In this document: one piece after another, positions 42,850 through 57,477 of the stretch
Layout: each line of letters opens with the position of its first letter
Numbering within the stretch: position 1 is the stretch's first letter
NCBI RefSeq assembly: GCF_009914755.1
Contig: NC_060947.1
DNA length: 64,000 nucleotides
Source: the human T2T-CHM13v2.0 reference genome, Homo sapiens
Reading direction: 5' to 3' (one strand)
Notes under the pieces: generated by a model
The model's input: only the letters and a program-made list of their open reading frames with translations
Database searches by the model: none
Told to the model about the DNA's origin: nothing
Translations under genes and position numbers: made by a program

Positions 42850-43609
42850 GCGAGGAAGATGATTTTACTTGAGTTTGAGGTGCTTATAGGCTATCTAGGT
42901 TGAGATGCCCAGGAAGCATTAGGATAAAATATTCTGGAGCTGTTCAGGGGAATCTGGACTAGACACTGACTTTAGTATCAGTGGTTATAGAACTAGTAGA
43001 TGAAAACATTGGAATGAATGAGCTGGTCCAGGGTAACTATGTAGGTAGGGATAAAATAGGACTTAGAGAAAGCCTTGGGGAACATCAACTTGCAAACAGT
43101 AGACAGAAGAAGAAGAGTGTAAGGAGATTGCAGGAAAGATCAGTGATAGAAGGAGAGGCTGGTTGTCCTGAAAACTAAGGCAGTAGAAATTTTTCCCAAA
43201 GTGGTATTAGCCAAGCCATGTTGGATCTAAGAGGTACAGTAAAATCAGGTCCTCAGAGAAGTGGGAATTACAGGGAAGAAGTTAAGGGCATTAAGGAAGG
43301 AGGGGTTAAGGGTGTTACAGAGCCAAGGGAGGGTGTTTCTCCTCCTCCTTTCTCCCCCTCCCTTTCTCTCCTTTTCACCTCCTTTTCCCTTTCTCTCTGC
43401 CCCAGGGCTGAGCATGTTCAAATGCTAAACTGAAGCCCAGTAGAGCCAGGGAACATTGAAGGTACCAGAGAGAAAGGGGAGTGGATGAATTACAAGTTGA
43501 TGACAACTGCTGAGAATGACAGGGGTTTGGTGGTGGATTGAGAAGGGTAATGACAAGAGAAATAAGTGCTGTGGGAAATGGAAGAAGGAGATAAGCCTAG
43601 ACTCTCTCA

Positions 43610-44146
<537 letters not shown>

Positions 44147-44719
44147 GCTCTAGAAGGTTGGTGACTGGCACTGTGGGGCCCTCCTGAAAGAAGAATCCGT
44201 GGATTTTTCTGGCACTGGTTTGTACGGTTACCCCATTTGGGGTTCAGCAGCCTAAGTGGAGGTGCAGGACATCTGGCTGGAGGGATCCGTCCAATGTTGA
44301 GGCTTTGTAAGTAGGGTCAGTATTGTTGAAAATCTAGAAAGTGAGGGATGTTTGAGGGGTTCTGGAGAGTTTTGGTAATCCTGCAACGCACTGTATTGCT
44401 TTCAGGTTTCTGACCAAGGACAGGTCACCCAAGGAGCAATAGCAGAATGGGAGACAGAGCAGCACTTTATTATTAGCTGAGCAGGCATCCAGTATCTTTA
44501 GTGCTGGGCGAGAGCTTGCAGCTTTGTTCTCAACATCTAGGTGAGCTTCCCACTCTGTACCTAGAGAATATAATGTGGCTAGATGTGTAGCACAGGCCCC
44601 CCCATACTTTCCACCCTATCAAAGGCATTGAGAAGCTAGAGAGGAAAGTGAAGAGGCCTGGCTATGCAGAGAGACAGGTTCTGCTGAGATGTGCACGACG
44701 AAATACACATGCTGCCCAT

Positions 44720-44955
44720 TACAAAGCTAGACTACCTGGTTTCAAATACTGGTTCTCCTCCTTACTAGCTGTGTGACTTTGGCCAAGTTCCCTTACCTTC
44801 TCCAAGCTTCAGTTTTCTCATCTGTAAAATAAAAATAATAACAGTACTTCCTCATGTGGTTGTAATTAGCATTAAATGACTTAATGTATTAATATATAAA
44901 GTGCTTATAACAGTCCCTGTCATGTAATGGTGGTATATAAGTTGTTTGCTATTAT
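44720..44955 (+). mobile_element. MIR SINE
   Basis: cttactagctgtgtgactttggccaagtt...ctcatctgtaaaat. Confidence 0.8.
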
Positions 44956-45179
44956 TAGTATGGTTTCAGCTTGCCAATATACTGTGGCCCTGCCTACTAA
45001 TCTAATAAAATGTGGTTTGAGCAGTTTTTTAGGTTCTCACCTTTAGTAAGCCACCCTTTGGGGATGATCTAGTGAGGGGATAGATAGAAGTGTGGGGAGA
45101 GGGGGATGAAGAGTTCTGCTTCCCACCAGGGAGTTGAGAGTGCTGGTGTCAGAGTTCGAGGCCATGGGGTCCAAGCTGG

Positions 45180-45830
45180 TGTGGAAGAAAGGCTAGAAGA
45201 GAGCTGGGGAACAAGGAGGAATTCTATGGAGGGAGGTAAGGAGCATCAAGGGATCACAGGTCACGAGGAGGTCTAGGGGCATGCGCATAGTAGGAATAAG
45301 GATATGAAAGCTGAACTGTCGGGAGGTTGTGGTCAGATGATCCCAGCAGAGGCGGGGCAGTTCAAAGTGATGACAGAAGGCAGGTTGTGGTTAGTGCGGT
45401 GGAGTAGACCTGTAGAGTTGAGGAGGTTCAGGAGGCCACGAGGTTAGGGTATTGGAAGAGGTGCCTGCATGGATGTTAAAATCACCCAGAATGCCATCAG
45501 GAAAAGGTATAAAAGAAGGTGGTAAGCTAAGTGACACTGATCTGAGGTGAATTCAATGACCTGGAGGCCAACAACAGGTGACAGTGACAAAGAGGAGGAA
45601 CTGAATCTTGAAAGAGAACGAGGGAAGAGTAAACGTCTAGAAGCAATAATGGAGGGCTAGAGGAATCTTCAACTTCCCTTCCCCCACAAAAAATTGCTGC
45701 AGGAATAGAAGGATTAAAAAAGAACAGCCTTCTCAGAGCTGTTAGTGGAAGAAATCACACCCTCAGTGGACAGCCAGGGTTCCTTAGGGTGAGGAGGTGA
45801 AAGGGACATTCTGGGGAAAGGTGGCAGGTA
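45180..45830 (-). mobile_element. L2 LINE remnant (endonuclease region)
   Basis: catggatgttaaaatcacccaga reads LGDFNIH on the minus strand, an APE-domain motif. Confidence 0.6.
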
Positions 45831-46065
45831 TAGACAGATTGGTTGATCATAAACACCCCAGGCCAGTGGTGGTGGTGGGCTTCCAGAGGTTCTAGTGGGA
45901 TGGGTTGGGAGGAAGTCAGCCACAAGGTGGTTGGAGGAAAGTGCCCACACAGCTTTAGGCCCACAGCTTGGTCCTGCCTACAGCTGGTGACACAACTCAG
46001 GAGTTCCCCTCTCTTCATCCTTGTGATGTGTTTCGATTGGTTGGTTGTGTTTGTTTTCATTTCGG

Positions 46066-46505
46066 CAGCAGTTCTTAACCTGGGGTTCACAAATAGGATC
46101 TTAAGGGGTTCATTCACTTGAATGGGGGGAAGTCACATCTTTATTTTCACTGACCTCTAGCAGAAATGTAGCACATGAACGCAGACAACAAGCACCAGTG
46201 GTATTAGCCCTACCTGTGTCTTTGTTGTCAGTAGCAATCACAGATGGCTTCCTATCACATTTCAGTAGTAGCGGCCATCTCAGGATAGTGTTTATGCTCA
46301 TCTGCTTTGAAAGTGATGGTAGTTATTAGGCCTGCTGCTAGATCTTGTGATTAAATGTATTTATAAAGAAACATAATTAGTATATTACAAAATTTTAAAA
46401 ATATTTTGGTAACTGTGTTTTAATATAATTGAATTCCTTTGGCTTTTATTTTATGCATTTCAAACACTGTTCTGAGAAGGAGTCCTTTGGTCTCCCCAGG
46501 CTGCT
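46066..46505. mobile_element. hAT-Charlie (Charlie4-like) element
   Basis: cagcagttcttaacctggggttcac terminus; internal similarity to 39358-40315. Confidence 0.6.
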
Positions 46506-46634
46506 GGGGTGCAGGGGGTGGGGTGGAGGGCCTGCTTCAAGTCTGCTGGGAAATCCCTTTCTATTTCACTAGAGGGAGCTCTTGTTTCAGAATTGCTGAG
46601 CAGTGACCCTCAGGCTTGACACCCAGTAATAAGG

Positions 46635-46915
46635 TTGTTTTTTTGTTTTGTTTTGTTTTTTTGTTTTGAGACAGAGTCTTGCTCCGTCACCCAGGCTGGA
46701 ATGTAGTGGTGTGATCTTGGCTCACTGCAACCTCCACCTCCTGGGTTCAAGGGATTCTCATGCCTCAGCCTCCTGAATAGCTAGGATTACAGGCATGCGT
46801 CACCATGCCCAGCTAATTGTTGTAATTTTAGGAGAGGTGGGGTTTCACTGTGTTGCCAAGGCTGGCCTTGAATCCCGAAGTGCTGGGATTACAGGCGTGA
46901 GCCACCGTGCCTGCC
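46635..46915 (-). mobile_element. AluS SINE with ~30-nt internal deletion in the left arm
   Basis: gaatcccgaagtgctggg junction at ~46873 lacks the usual tgacctcaggtgatcc segment. Confidence 0.9.
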
Positions 46916-47640
46916 TGAGAAGGCTGTTTTGAAATACAGGCAATTCAGATGTTTTTGGAGGACATTTCAAGAAACTGGGGTTAAGAACCTCAGTGTTGTT
47001 TGTTCTAGGCAGGCCACCTCTCTCTTGAGTGGGCTTTCAGCTCATCTTCTGGAGGATGAGGATTGGACCTCCTGTGCTAGTTACTTTCTGGGACCAGTTA
47101 AAGCGGAAGTACTTTGGCCAATGGCAGCTCAAAAACTGGCCCCAAGGTCATGCTGACATCAGTATCCAGGCTGAGTTTCCTGTTTCTCCTCCATACCATT
47201 GAGCCCATTGCCCCTCCCATCTAGCTAGTGTTAGGATGTTAGAGAAGTTCCCCTCTTCCATGAGGCTTCCCTGCTCCACTATACTGGTCAGGTAAGGGCA
47301 GGTGAAAGTATAGGAACTCTGGTAAATCCTGAGGCTCCTAAAGGGTTAGTGGATGAGGGGGGACCTGAGGGATTTGACTGATTGGCGAAGGGCTGAGCCT
47401 TGTGCAACAGGTGGGTAGGTGAGTTTCTGAAGACCACTGGATTGTCCCTGCTGAGGAAGAAGTGATTGGTGCTCAGGAGTCCTTTGTGGGAGCAAATGGT
47501 TAAGTCAAGTGTTTTCTGCCTTAATTTTCTCACCTTCCAGGAGACACTGCTCCTCACACCTGGCCAGACTCTGTCCCCTTCACTGGCAGCTTTTCCCAGG
47601 TCTCTTGGTTCATCTTCCAGCTCCAGGATTCCCTCTAAGT

Positions 47641-48012
47641 CAGTGTTTCTCCTATATGGTTGGAGGACCCAAGCATCAGGATCATCCTGAAGCGCTTGTT
47701 ACTACAGTGGAGATTCCAGGGCCCACTCAGACTTCCTGGATTCAACTCTATGGGGCAGGGCCCAGGAAGCTGCATTTTCCACAACTTCCCTAGGACAGTT
47801 GTTTTCAAAGTGTGGTCCCTGGAATAGTAGTATCTGCCTAACCAGGGAACCTGTTATTAATAAAAATTCTCAGATTCCAGATTCCAGGCCTCACCCTAGA
47901 TCTACTAGAAACTCTAATCAGAAACTCTGAAGTAGGGCCCAGCAAGCTGGATTTTAAGAAGCCCTCCTAGAGATTCTGATTTTGACCCACACTCAAGTTT
48001 GAAAGCCACTGC
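47641..48012. mobile_element. Two adjacent MER5-family hAT MITEs
   Basis: cagtgtttctc and cagttgttttcaaagtgtggtcc starts; aatcagaaactctg; tttgaaagccactg end. Confidence 0.75.
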
Positions 48013-48994
48013 TGTAGCGGATTCTGATACAGAACGAGTTGAAACCTTGTTGCCTCAGATGATCCAAGAGTTGGCTCCCCCTTGCGTAAAGCTCAGCAGA
48101 GACACAGCTAAGGTCACACAGCAGCTTGGTAAGAGTAGGTAAGAGTAGAAGCTGGGACCTGGGTCCTTGGACTTCAGTGCATATTCTGCTAGGTCAGGTC
48201 CACCTGTTGGATTCTTTGCCAATTCAGGGCCCTCATCCTGTGTACTACTGTCAGGGGGCTGCCTCTCTGATCCTCATGGATGAAGGTGGGTCTTTAAATT
48301 GCCTTAGCCACAGGCTGGGTGGCCAGTCAGCCCCAACTAGGCTCTTCCAGGGTGAAGCATGGCCTGGGTAGACTCTCCAGCCTCTTAGGATGGGAGGTTG
48401 ACAAGATGGACCTTCCCTGTGAACACTTAACCCAGGACATCCTCCACTTCCAAGTACAGTAAACAGAATAGAGGATAGGTTTTTTTGGTCAAATGCCTGG
48501 ATGAGGGGAAACCTGACTTGAGCCTACACTCAGTGGCTAAGAATGGGGAATCAAATATTCACGATCATCTTGGGGTTGTGCCATGCTGAGATATCTTTTA
48601 GGCAGCCACAGCTTACAAAGGCTAAAAATGGAGGTATCTCATTTAAAGAGTACCAAAGATGGGAATACATTGTTGTCAGGAACCAAACTTGTCATTCTCT
48701 TCCCTATCCCCAAACCTGTACCTTCTCTGATGTTCCCCATCCTTTTCAGTGATACCATCACCTATTTGTTATCCAGGCCAAAAATCTAAAGCCAATCATT
48801 GGTCTATATTCCTATCCCTGCCCCCATCCAATCAGTGACCACATCCTATTAATTTGACCTTCTGATCATTTCTCAAATTTATTTCCACTACTCCAACTTT
48901 AGTTCAGGTCAGATCATCCCTGACTTCGTTTATTGCAACAGCCACCTAACTGGTTTCCCAGCCTCTAGCCTCACCCTGTTTTGTCCTCAGGGCA

Positions 48995-50880
48995 CATAGG
49001 ATGAGGCCTGAGAATTGGCCATTGGATTTAGCAATGAAAAAGTCATTTGTGACCTTAATGGGAGCTGTTTTGATGGAGGGAGGGAAGCCTGATAAGAGTG
49101 AGTTTAAGAGAGAACAGTAAGAGAGAGGAATTCTAGGTAGGGAGTATACCAGTGCTGTCCAATAAAAACATGTGAGGCACATATGTAATTTCAAATGTTC
49201 CAGTAGTCGCATTAAAAGCAGGTAAGAGAAACAGGTGACATTAATTTTAATAATAGATCTTACTTAACCCAGTATATCCAGTATTTTATCATTCCAATAT
49301 AATCAATATAAAAATTATTACCAGGATATTTTCCTGGATTTCCTTTGAAATCCAGTGCACATTTTATAATAACAGCACATCTCAAGTTCAAACTAACCAC
49401 ATTTCAAGTGCCCACCAGCTGCATGTGACTAGTAACTACCACATTGGACAGCACTGGCATAGACAATTATTTCAAGGAATTTAGCTATAAAGGGGAGCAG
49501 AGGAGTGAGGTAGTGGCCAGATGGGGAAGTGAGGTCAAGTGTTGACTTGTTGGTTTTAGAACGGGAGCTATTAAAGTACTTTCCGTTTATACACTAATGG
49601 ACTTAATCCAGTAGAGAGGAAGAAATTGTTGACATAAGATGACGAAACAGTGACTGGAGTGATGCTGTTGAGTAGGGGAGAGGGGATGGAATCTGGATGC
49701 AAGTGGAAATGCTGGCCTTGGCTAGGACACAGGGCAGTTCATCTGTGGTGACAGGGAGCAGGGGAGTGAAGGAAGACCATACTGGGCACTGATGCAGATA
49801 GATGGGTAAATGTGATTGTGGAAGCTTATGGAAGTTTTTGTCTGATTCTTTTTTTCCTCTGTGAAGTGGGAAGCAAGGTTAATATCTGAGAGTGAAAATG
49901 GGATAGAAGTATTAAAGATTCGAGAAGAGAGAAAATATTAATTTGTGGCCTAGGAGCGTGACAGAGTGAATGGACTGGGGAAATACAGTATGATTGCCTG
50001 GCAACATGAAAGATGCACTTGAGGTTTGTGATCACGAATTTGAAGTGAGAACAGTCAGCGCTGTTGTTTTTCTCTAGTACATTCAGCTGTGAGGGACAAG
50101 CAAGGCAGAGGAGGAGCTTTGGATTCAACCAGGGCTGGGTTTTTTTTCCAGCTGAGTATCATTCCATAATGAGAAGAACAATGGAGTCAAAGGCGTATGC
50201 AAGGGATAATTAGAATCATGGGCCATGGAATTTAAGGACAGAAAAGGGAGCCATGAGGGACAGTAAAAAGATGGTAGGACCAATGGATCACAGATTCCAG
50301 TGGGGTCAAAGAAGTATTGGGGTCATGGTTATCGGGAGTGAGCTGGAAAGGTAGAAGTGGTGGTTGAAGTGGGAATGCTTGACTTGGAGATTAGGGAGGG
50401 GCTACAGATATACATAATTATAAGGTCTCAGGCACGACCATGATAATGAGTGGCTGAGATGTGGTAGAGAGCAGGGTCATTGAGAACAAGAGGCCGAGGA
50501 ACTGACAGACCAGGATGCTGGAAGGTTCATCTAGATGCATGTTGAAATTAACAAGAAATCTGATGAGTGGTAGTGAGCCAGGTACTAAAGGAATGAGGGC
50601 CATGACCCATATGTCTGTAGATGACTGTGAAAGGGAAGGATAGCGGGTGGTACAGTATGGTAGTGGTAGGATTTTAGTGAGAAGGGAGGGCCACTCGTCT
50701 AGGACTACAATGAAAAGAAAGAAGTTATTCACTCTACCTACATGGGCCAAAGGAGAAAAATCAGTCACTACTTTAGAGGGCCACAGATGAAGCAGGCAAG
50801 GAGAGGTAGGTTGGGTAACAACAAAAGGGTGAAGGGAACATTCAGAGAAGAGATTGAGAACATAGGAATTGAGCTAATGA
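48995..50880 (-). mobile_element. Long L2 LINE remnant (APE to RT), interrupted by MER33
   Basis: Minus-strand KTAPIKVTNDFFIAKSNGQFSGLIL (RT) and FLVNFNMHLDEPS (APE GDFN-like). Confidence 0.8.
49150..49456. mobile_element. MER33 hAT MITE
   Basis: Perfect 15-bp inverted repeat: ccagtgctgtccaat (49149-49163) and attggacagcactgg (49443-49457). Confidence 0.88.
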
Positions 50881-51083
50881 TTTATCTGTGATTGTTGCCT
50901 ATCCTGTTCCCTTTTCCTGGAATTTCCTTCCTTACCTTGTACACATAGAGAACTCTTCATCTTTCCTCATCCAGCTCTTGCATTGCTACTTTCCTGAAAC
51001 GGCTATTGCAAAGATTACTAACTAGTGATCGGCATGTTGCCAAACCCAGTGGAAGTGCTTGCCTTTACTGTACCCCTATAGAG

Positions 51084-51296
51084 AAGTGTGTTCCCAGTGG
51101 AATTTTCTGTGGTGATGGGAATACTCTATCTCTGCACTGTCCAATATGGTGGCCACCAGGCACATGTGACTGCTGAGTATATGAAATGTGGCTGATGTGA
51201 CTGAGGAACCAAAGTTTTAATTCTGCTTAATTTTAATTCATTTAAATGTAATTAGCCACATGTGGCAAGTGGCTACCTTATTTATTGGTTGGTGCA
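51084..51296. mobile_element. MER3 hAT MITE
   Basis: tctgcactgtccaatatggtggccacc...agccacatgtggcaagtggctacc. Confidence 0.8.
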
Positions 51297-53973
51297 AGTA
51301 ATAGAGCACTTAACATTATTGATCCTTTCCTTCTTGAAACTTGATGTTCTTTTGACTTCCAGCACACCTCTCTCCTAGCTTTACGATTGCCTCTTTAATT
51401 TTGTCTTCATTCTTGACTTCTCATGGATCTTTCTCCTTCTGCTAGCCACTTAACTGTTGCTATTTTCCAGGCTTCCTCCTTCAGCCTTTTATCACATTTT
51501 GTGGACTCTTTCTCATTGATCTTATCCATACCCCAAGTCCTGTTTCCAGGCCATCTCCCTCTCCTGAGCACTAGACCTGGACATAACAGCCTATTGGAGA
51601 CATCTGCTGGTGTAGTGGATAGGCATTCAGTGCTGGCATGCTCCAACCTGAGCTCATCTCTTCTCTAAATTACCTCCTCTCAGTTACTGAAGCCATAGAC
51701 CTGGAAGTTAGTCTAGATGTCTCCTTCCTGTCTGACAAATTGCCAAGTCCTCTATGCCACTGCAGTACCATTTGAACTTGTCATCAGTCTTGTCCCTCTC
51801 CAGTCCATTGTCCACATTGCTGCTAGAGCAGTCTAGGTAGCTGAAACATAAATTTGACCTTTTTATTCTCCTTGTTAAAACCTTTTAGTGGCTTCTCATT
51901 GTATATAAGATAAAGGCCAAGTTCCCAGCATGGCAAACAAGGCTCTTCATGACCCAGCCTCACCTGCATGTTTTTCCAGCTTCATCTCCTGACATGTGTC
52001 CCTTCTCACAAAGTTCTCTCCTTTCCAGTAACGCAGAACTCCTTCTAATTGCACACAAACAGCATGCTGTTTCATGTCTCCACAGCTTTTCTCAGGCTAT
52101 AACCTCTCCTTCCTTCAAGGCCCTACCCTAACCCCTTCTGGTTCTGCAAAGCTCACCTCAACTGTCATCTTCTCCAGCTACTTTTCCTCAGTGTCCCTGT
52201 TACTTAATGCACTTACCTAACTACACCATTGCATTATTCACTTGTAAACGCAGGTAGTTCCCAAGAGTGGGGACCACCATCTTTGCCTCCTTCTTTCCAC
52301 TGTCTGGCATGGAGTCTTACTCCCAATGTGGACTCTGTAGATGTTGAGTGAATGGGTACCATGAATAAGTGAGTGAGTTGAAGGAAGCAGGAAGAAGATT
52401 AGAGAGTGGGATGTCACACTGCCCAGTCTCATCTCCTTAGTATAAGTCCTTCATGGGTGGGATTATAGGATGAGAAAAGGGGCCCCTGGGAGGCCTGTGG
52501 GGATCAGTCTTGGCTGCTGCTGGTGCAACTGACTTCTTTCCCAGGACTCATAAAACTTGCTTCTGGCAGAAATTGATTTTAGAAAAAGCTATTATCTAGG
52601 TTTTCCCCTACCTTTACAGCTGACATGCTTCTCTCTTCCTGGGATATAAGATGCTAGCAAAAAATGTCACATTTTTTCTTAAAGGAGAAAAAGGTTTTGT
52701 ATGTTTAATTTTTTGAAAGTGCTTAAGTTTCTGTTTTCTTTTAGAAGAAAACTGGTTTTTCACTGGGATTTTCCCAAGGGCCACATGCAGGTATACAGAA
52801 AAGAGAATGATATGTGTTTGCATACAATTTGCATATATCTGTGTAGACTGGATCATCTATTCTCAGAGTACTTTCTTTTTTTATTTTTTCAAAAAAATTG
52901 AATACTTGATCAACTTTTCAATGAAAAGAATCAGTAACAGTGAAAGGCAATGGAAGCCATAGTGGAAGTCCTCCTTCATAGAGAAGATCACCTCTTTAGA
53001 AGATGCCCCATCATCTTCTAGTCTTTTATAAGATTTTGGATGGTTGTGGTCGCCATGATAAAAAATAGCAGCAGCCATCTGCATGCCAGGATAGCTGTCG
53101 TATATACTTTTATCTCTCTTTTTCCACTCACCAGCCCTTAGAGGTAGATGTTACCCTCAGCCCACCAGCAGGAAAACAGGCTTAGAGGGGCAGCACAATT
53201 TGCCCAAGGTCACTCCTATGGGTAGTGGCAGAGCCATGATTCAAACCCAAGGCTACATGGCCCCAAGGCCTTTGTTTTTAAACTACTAAGCTGTATTTTC
53301 TGCCATTTGTGTACTGCCTGGTGTTTTGTCTTTTGTCCTTGCCATTACCAGCCATAGACAGATACATAGTTTGGCTGTCATTTGAATGGTAGTGGACTCT
53401 GTTGCACAATGTTGAGGTACCATAGTTTATGTAACTATCTCCCCACTTGGTTTGTTTCCAGTTTCTCAGTATTATAGATAGTGCAGGTGTAAATATCTTT
53501 GCGCAAATTAGGGTGGTTTGTTGGAGTTTTTAGGTATTTGATGGTGGTCCGCAAAGTAGTATTTTTGAGGCAAAGAGTTATAATTTTATGATTCTCCAGA
53601 AAGTCTATACCATTCATTCACCCAAGCAGTGATTACTTTTGGAGTGCCCACTGTGTACCAGGTGCTGGACGTGAAGAGGTAATTCAGAAACAGCCCCTCT
53701 CTCAGAGAACTAACAGTCTGGTATGGGATGGATGATGCAGCACAGAATGAATGCTACTAAAGTCGGGGTTTGGGCAAGGGGCAGTGAGAGCACTGAGAAA
53801 CAGTGTCCCCTGGTAGTATCTCTGAGTGTTCCTTTCCCTCTGCAGCATGGGGCAAGACGGGAGGAGCATGATAACAGGGCTGGCTGCAGAGCTGCCTCCT
53901 GGCTGAGGACACCCCCCACCAACACCCACGGGCTTTCCTGCCACCGCCTGTTGGCTCAGTCACTGCTGCCCAT

Positions 53974-53992
53974 CTGCCACTAGGGGGCGCCG
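53974..53992 (+). promoter_or_regulatory. CTCF binding motif
   Basis: ctGCCACTAGGGGGCGCcg closely matches the core consensus (TGGCCACCAGGGGGCGCTA). CpGs are retained in a GC-rich, repeat-free patch. Confidence 0.8.
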
Positions 53993-55514
53993 AGCAGAGA
54001 GGATGGAGGGAGGGGGCACCCGGGACAACAGGACTGGGGGCTCCAGCAGTGGGAGGAGTGGCAGCCTAAGCCCTTGTCTGTCCTCCAGGCCTCCTCTTCC
54101 CCTGTATGCCCACCGCAGCCAGGGTGACAACACGGTGCCCAGTCCACACTCATTCAGCAGACAGGAATGTGTGCATGCCTTAAGGGCATAGCTCTGTGCA
54201 TTTTCACGCACCAAGCACTGTGCTAGATGCTAGGAATGCAGAAGTGGCCTGACATGGTTCTTGACCCTGAGATGCACTTGGTCTAGAGGGTTGGACAGAC
54301 AAGGGAAGAGACAATCCAACTTGTGTGCTGGAGGCCTTCACAAGTGGCAACAGGAGCGTTGAGCTCCCTAGTGAGTCCCCTGGCAGTGCGTGAGAGTTCA
54401 TTTCTCCAGTGCTCCGCTCTTATGACTTTGGCTGTGACATTGCCCATCTTCTAGCCTGGAATTTCTCCATCTATAAAATGGAGGGAATGATATCTATGTC
54501 TGCAAGGGCCTTCTGACTCAGATGTGCCATGAGCCTAAAGCAAGCCTGAGCTTCTTCCACAGAAGAGCCCCCAGCCCTGGTCCCCACTTTAGTCACTGAA
54601 GAAAGTCTCCTTTCTCTTCTCGCCCACATGCTCTCCTTACATGGTTTTCCTTGGCATTCTGCCTCTGGCCTTTTCCTTCTCTCTTTCTACGTATGTTCCC
54701 ATGACTTCAGTTACCACTGTGTGCTGATGACACCTACATCTCCATGCTCGCCCCCATCCTCTCCACTGAGTTTGTGACTCATATAACAATGAAAATAATC
54801 AGCATTTGCTAAATCCCAGATACAATACTGTAATTACGGTATATTATCTCATCTCATCTCTCCAACAACATTGTGAATTAGGCAGTGCCACCCCATTTTA
54901 TAGGTGAGTAGAACCGAGTTCAAGAGATGCTGAGACTTTCCCAAGGCCCCAAAGTTGATAAGTGATGGGGCCAGGATTTGCAAACCTCTACCTGTTGAGC
55001 TCCACTGCCCATGCTCTTATCCATCACACTATATGTCCTAGAGTACAGGCAGCCGCCAAAGACCCATTTCCACTTGGATATTCCACATACACCTCAATTT
55101 CATGTCTAAACTTGGCCTCATCATTTCCCTTCTGTCCCAATCTGCCTTTTCCTCTCTTCTCCATGGCAATAAATGGCACCATCAACCCAGTGATACCCCA
55201 GCCAGAACACTGGGAGTTTTCCAAGATCCTTCCTCTCCCTTACCAACCCCCATCTCCCCAACAATCTTCTCCAATCTTCTTCCACATCATGGTGATTTTC
55301 CCCCCACTCTCCTCCAGCCTCACTGCTGTTGCCTTCCAAGGCCATTCATCCTGTTCTCTTTTTGGGCTCCTGTAGCAATCTTCTTACCAGCCTCCCTGCC
55401 TCGACTCTGTCTGCTTGAGTCCATCCCCTGCACACCAGCCAGGGTGATCCTTTGCAGACACACGTGATCACCTCACCTTACTGCTTCAAAACTTCTGCTT
55501 TCTGTGACTCTACA

Positions 55515-55873
55515 GCAGAGCTCAAAGCTGGCCACCCATGGGCTGAAATCCATTCAGAAGACATGTTTTGCTTGGTCCAAAATGTTCTTAAAACATTTTG
55601 AATTAGTCGCCAACATTGGAAAATCAGGAAATTTCACATAAAAGTTCATATATATTGGCTTCTCTTGCAAAAGTGAAAAGAACTGGTAACTCTGGGTGCA
55701 CATCCCTTCAGGGCAATGATTGGATGGAGCTGAGTGGTGGTTGCCCTCTTTAGAAGGGGTGTGGGCTTTTCAGTTTGACAGTCTCCAGCATCCCCTAGTG
55801 TCTCTTAGGCCCTGGTCGCACCCCTGCTTCCAATTATCTGCCTGAGAGTTGGGGCATTTGAGTTCATGACCCT
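55515..55873. mobile_element. MER102-like hAT element
   Basis: atttcacataaaa...ggcttctcttgcaaaa...gattggatggagctgagtgg. Confidence 0.7.
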
Positions 55874-56649
55874 GGTGCATGGGATGAAGCCCAAAGCCCT
55901 CAGCATGGCTTCTAGTGTCCTATGTGTCGCAGCCTGGAGCAGACCAGCCCTGCGAACCTCTGAGGCTAGTACCTGCTAACTGCCCCGTTACACTCTCCCC
56001 TGTGGCCCCATGGAACCCTTATCCATAGTTCTCTGAATTGCCCCACTCTTGTCTGTCTCCATGCAAGCTTGTGCTTTGGAATTCCTAGGCCCCTCCTTAA
56101 GTCCTATTTGTCCTTCTGGGCTTTGCACCAGTACTTGCTGTACCAAGAAGCATTCCTTGTGCCCCTGGCTGAGTTTTGTTTTCCCATAACAGGTGGCGCA
56201 GACCTCAGTCATCCCACCAGCTACCCTGTGTTGTAGTTGTTGACTGTGAGTCTGCAGTTGCAGGGAACCTGCCTTCTTTATCTTCCTGTCCTCAAAGCTT
56301 TGCACAGGACTTGGAATACACAAGGTGCCTCATAACTGTTGAATGAATGGATGAATCAGTGAAAGACTGATTTGGGAAAATAATAGTCTAGGATATGATG
56401 TCAACCCTAATTGCTTGGGGTGGGGGTTCCAGGTCCCTTTCATTCTTCAGCATTCCCCACTCTGAGTTCCCACTCAGAGTGATACCCACAACATCCTATA
56501 AACCATGCCCCCATTCTCCAAGATGTGGAATATATCCAGGCCTACTGGGATGATACTTTTTAGCAATGATAGAGGGAAAATATATCATTTTTGGTATCCC
56601 TGGGGGAGAGTTGGCACATTCTTCAGTTATTTGAATAATAATTAAGATA

Positions 56650-56900
56650 ATGCCAGCATTTAACACTCACTGAGCACTTACATTGTACCAGACCCTGAAC
56701 TAAGAGCTCTCAGTATATTGTTTCATTTATTCCTTCAACACTAAGAAGTAGGTAGTACTATTGTCCCCATTTTACAGGCAAGTAAACTGAGATACAAGGA
56801 TTTTAAACAACTTTTCACATGGCCCGTAAGCGGTAGAGTCAAGATTTGAACTCAAATCTAACTTCATAGTTAACATTCTCAACCACTACACCATACTTCC
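56650..56900 (-). mobile_element. MIR SINE
   Basis: ccccattttacaggcaagtaaactgaga core. Confidence 0.8.
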
Positions 56901-57201
56901 TCAATGACATTTCTCTTTAGAAACACGAGGAAATAAATGTGGGAATGAAGGGTATACAATTATGTGTACAGTAAGATTGCAAATACTAATTTAGAAAAGA
57001 AAGAAAAGAAAATCCTGAGGCAGAGAAAATGACCAAAGAGACAAACTCATGTGAAAATTTTCTTTAATGAATACATACCACTTTTATGATTAAAAAAAGA
57101 GTCCTCTCTTTGTAGTGACCCTAGAAATAAGTGGCAGGACAGAGGGCAGGAAGGGGCTGGGTTGAGTACCCAGCTAATCAGTGGGGCTGTCTCTTGAGTA
57201 G

Positions 57202-57477
<276 letters not shown>

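Noticed and set aside
52881-53084. 67-aa minus-strand ORF as a processed pseudogene fragment
   Set aside because: No recognisable protein, poly(A) tail or TSD. It would need a TBLASTX search to revisit.
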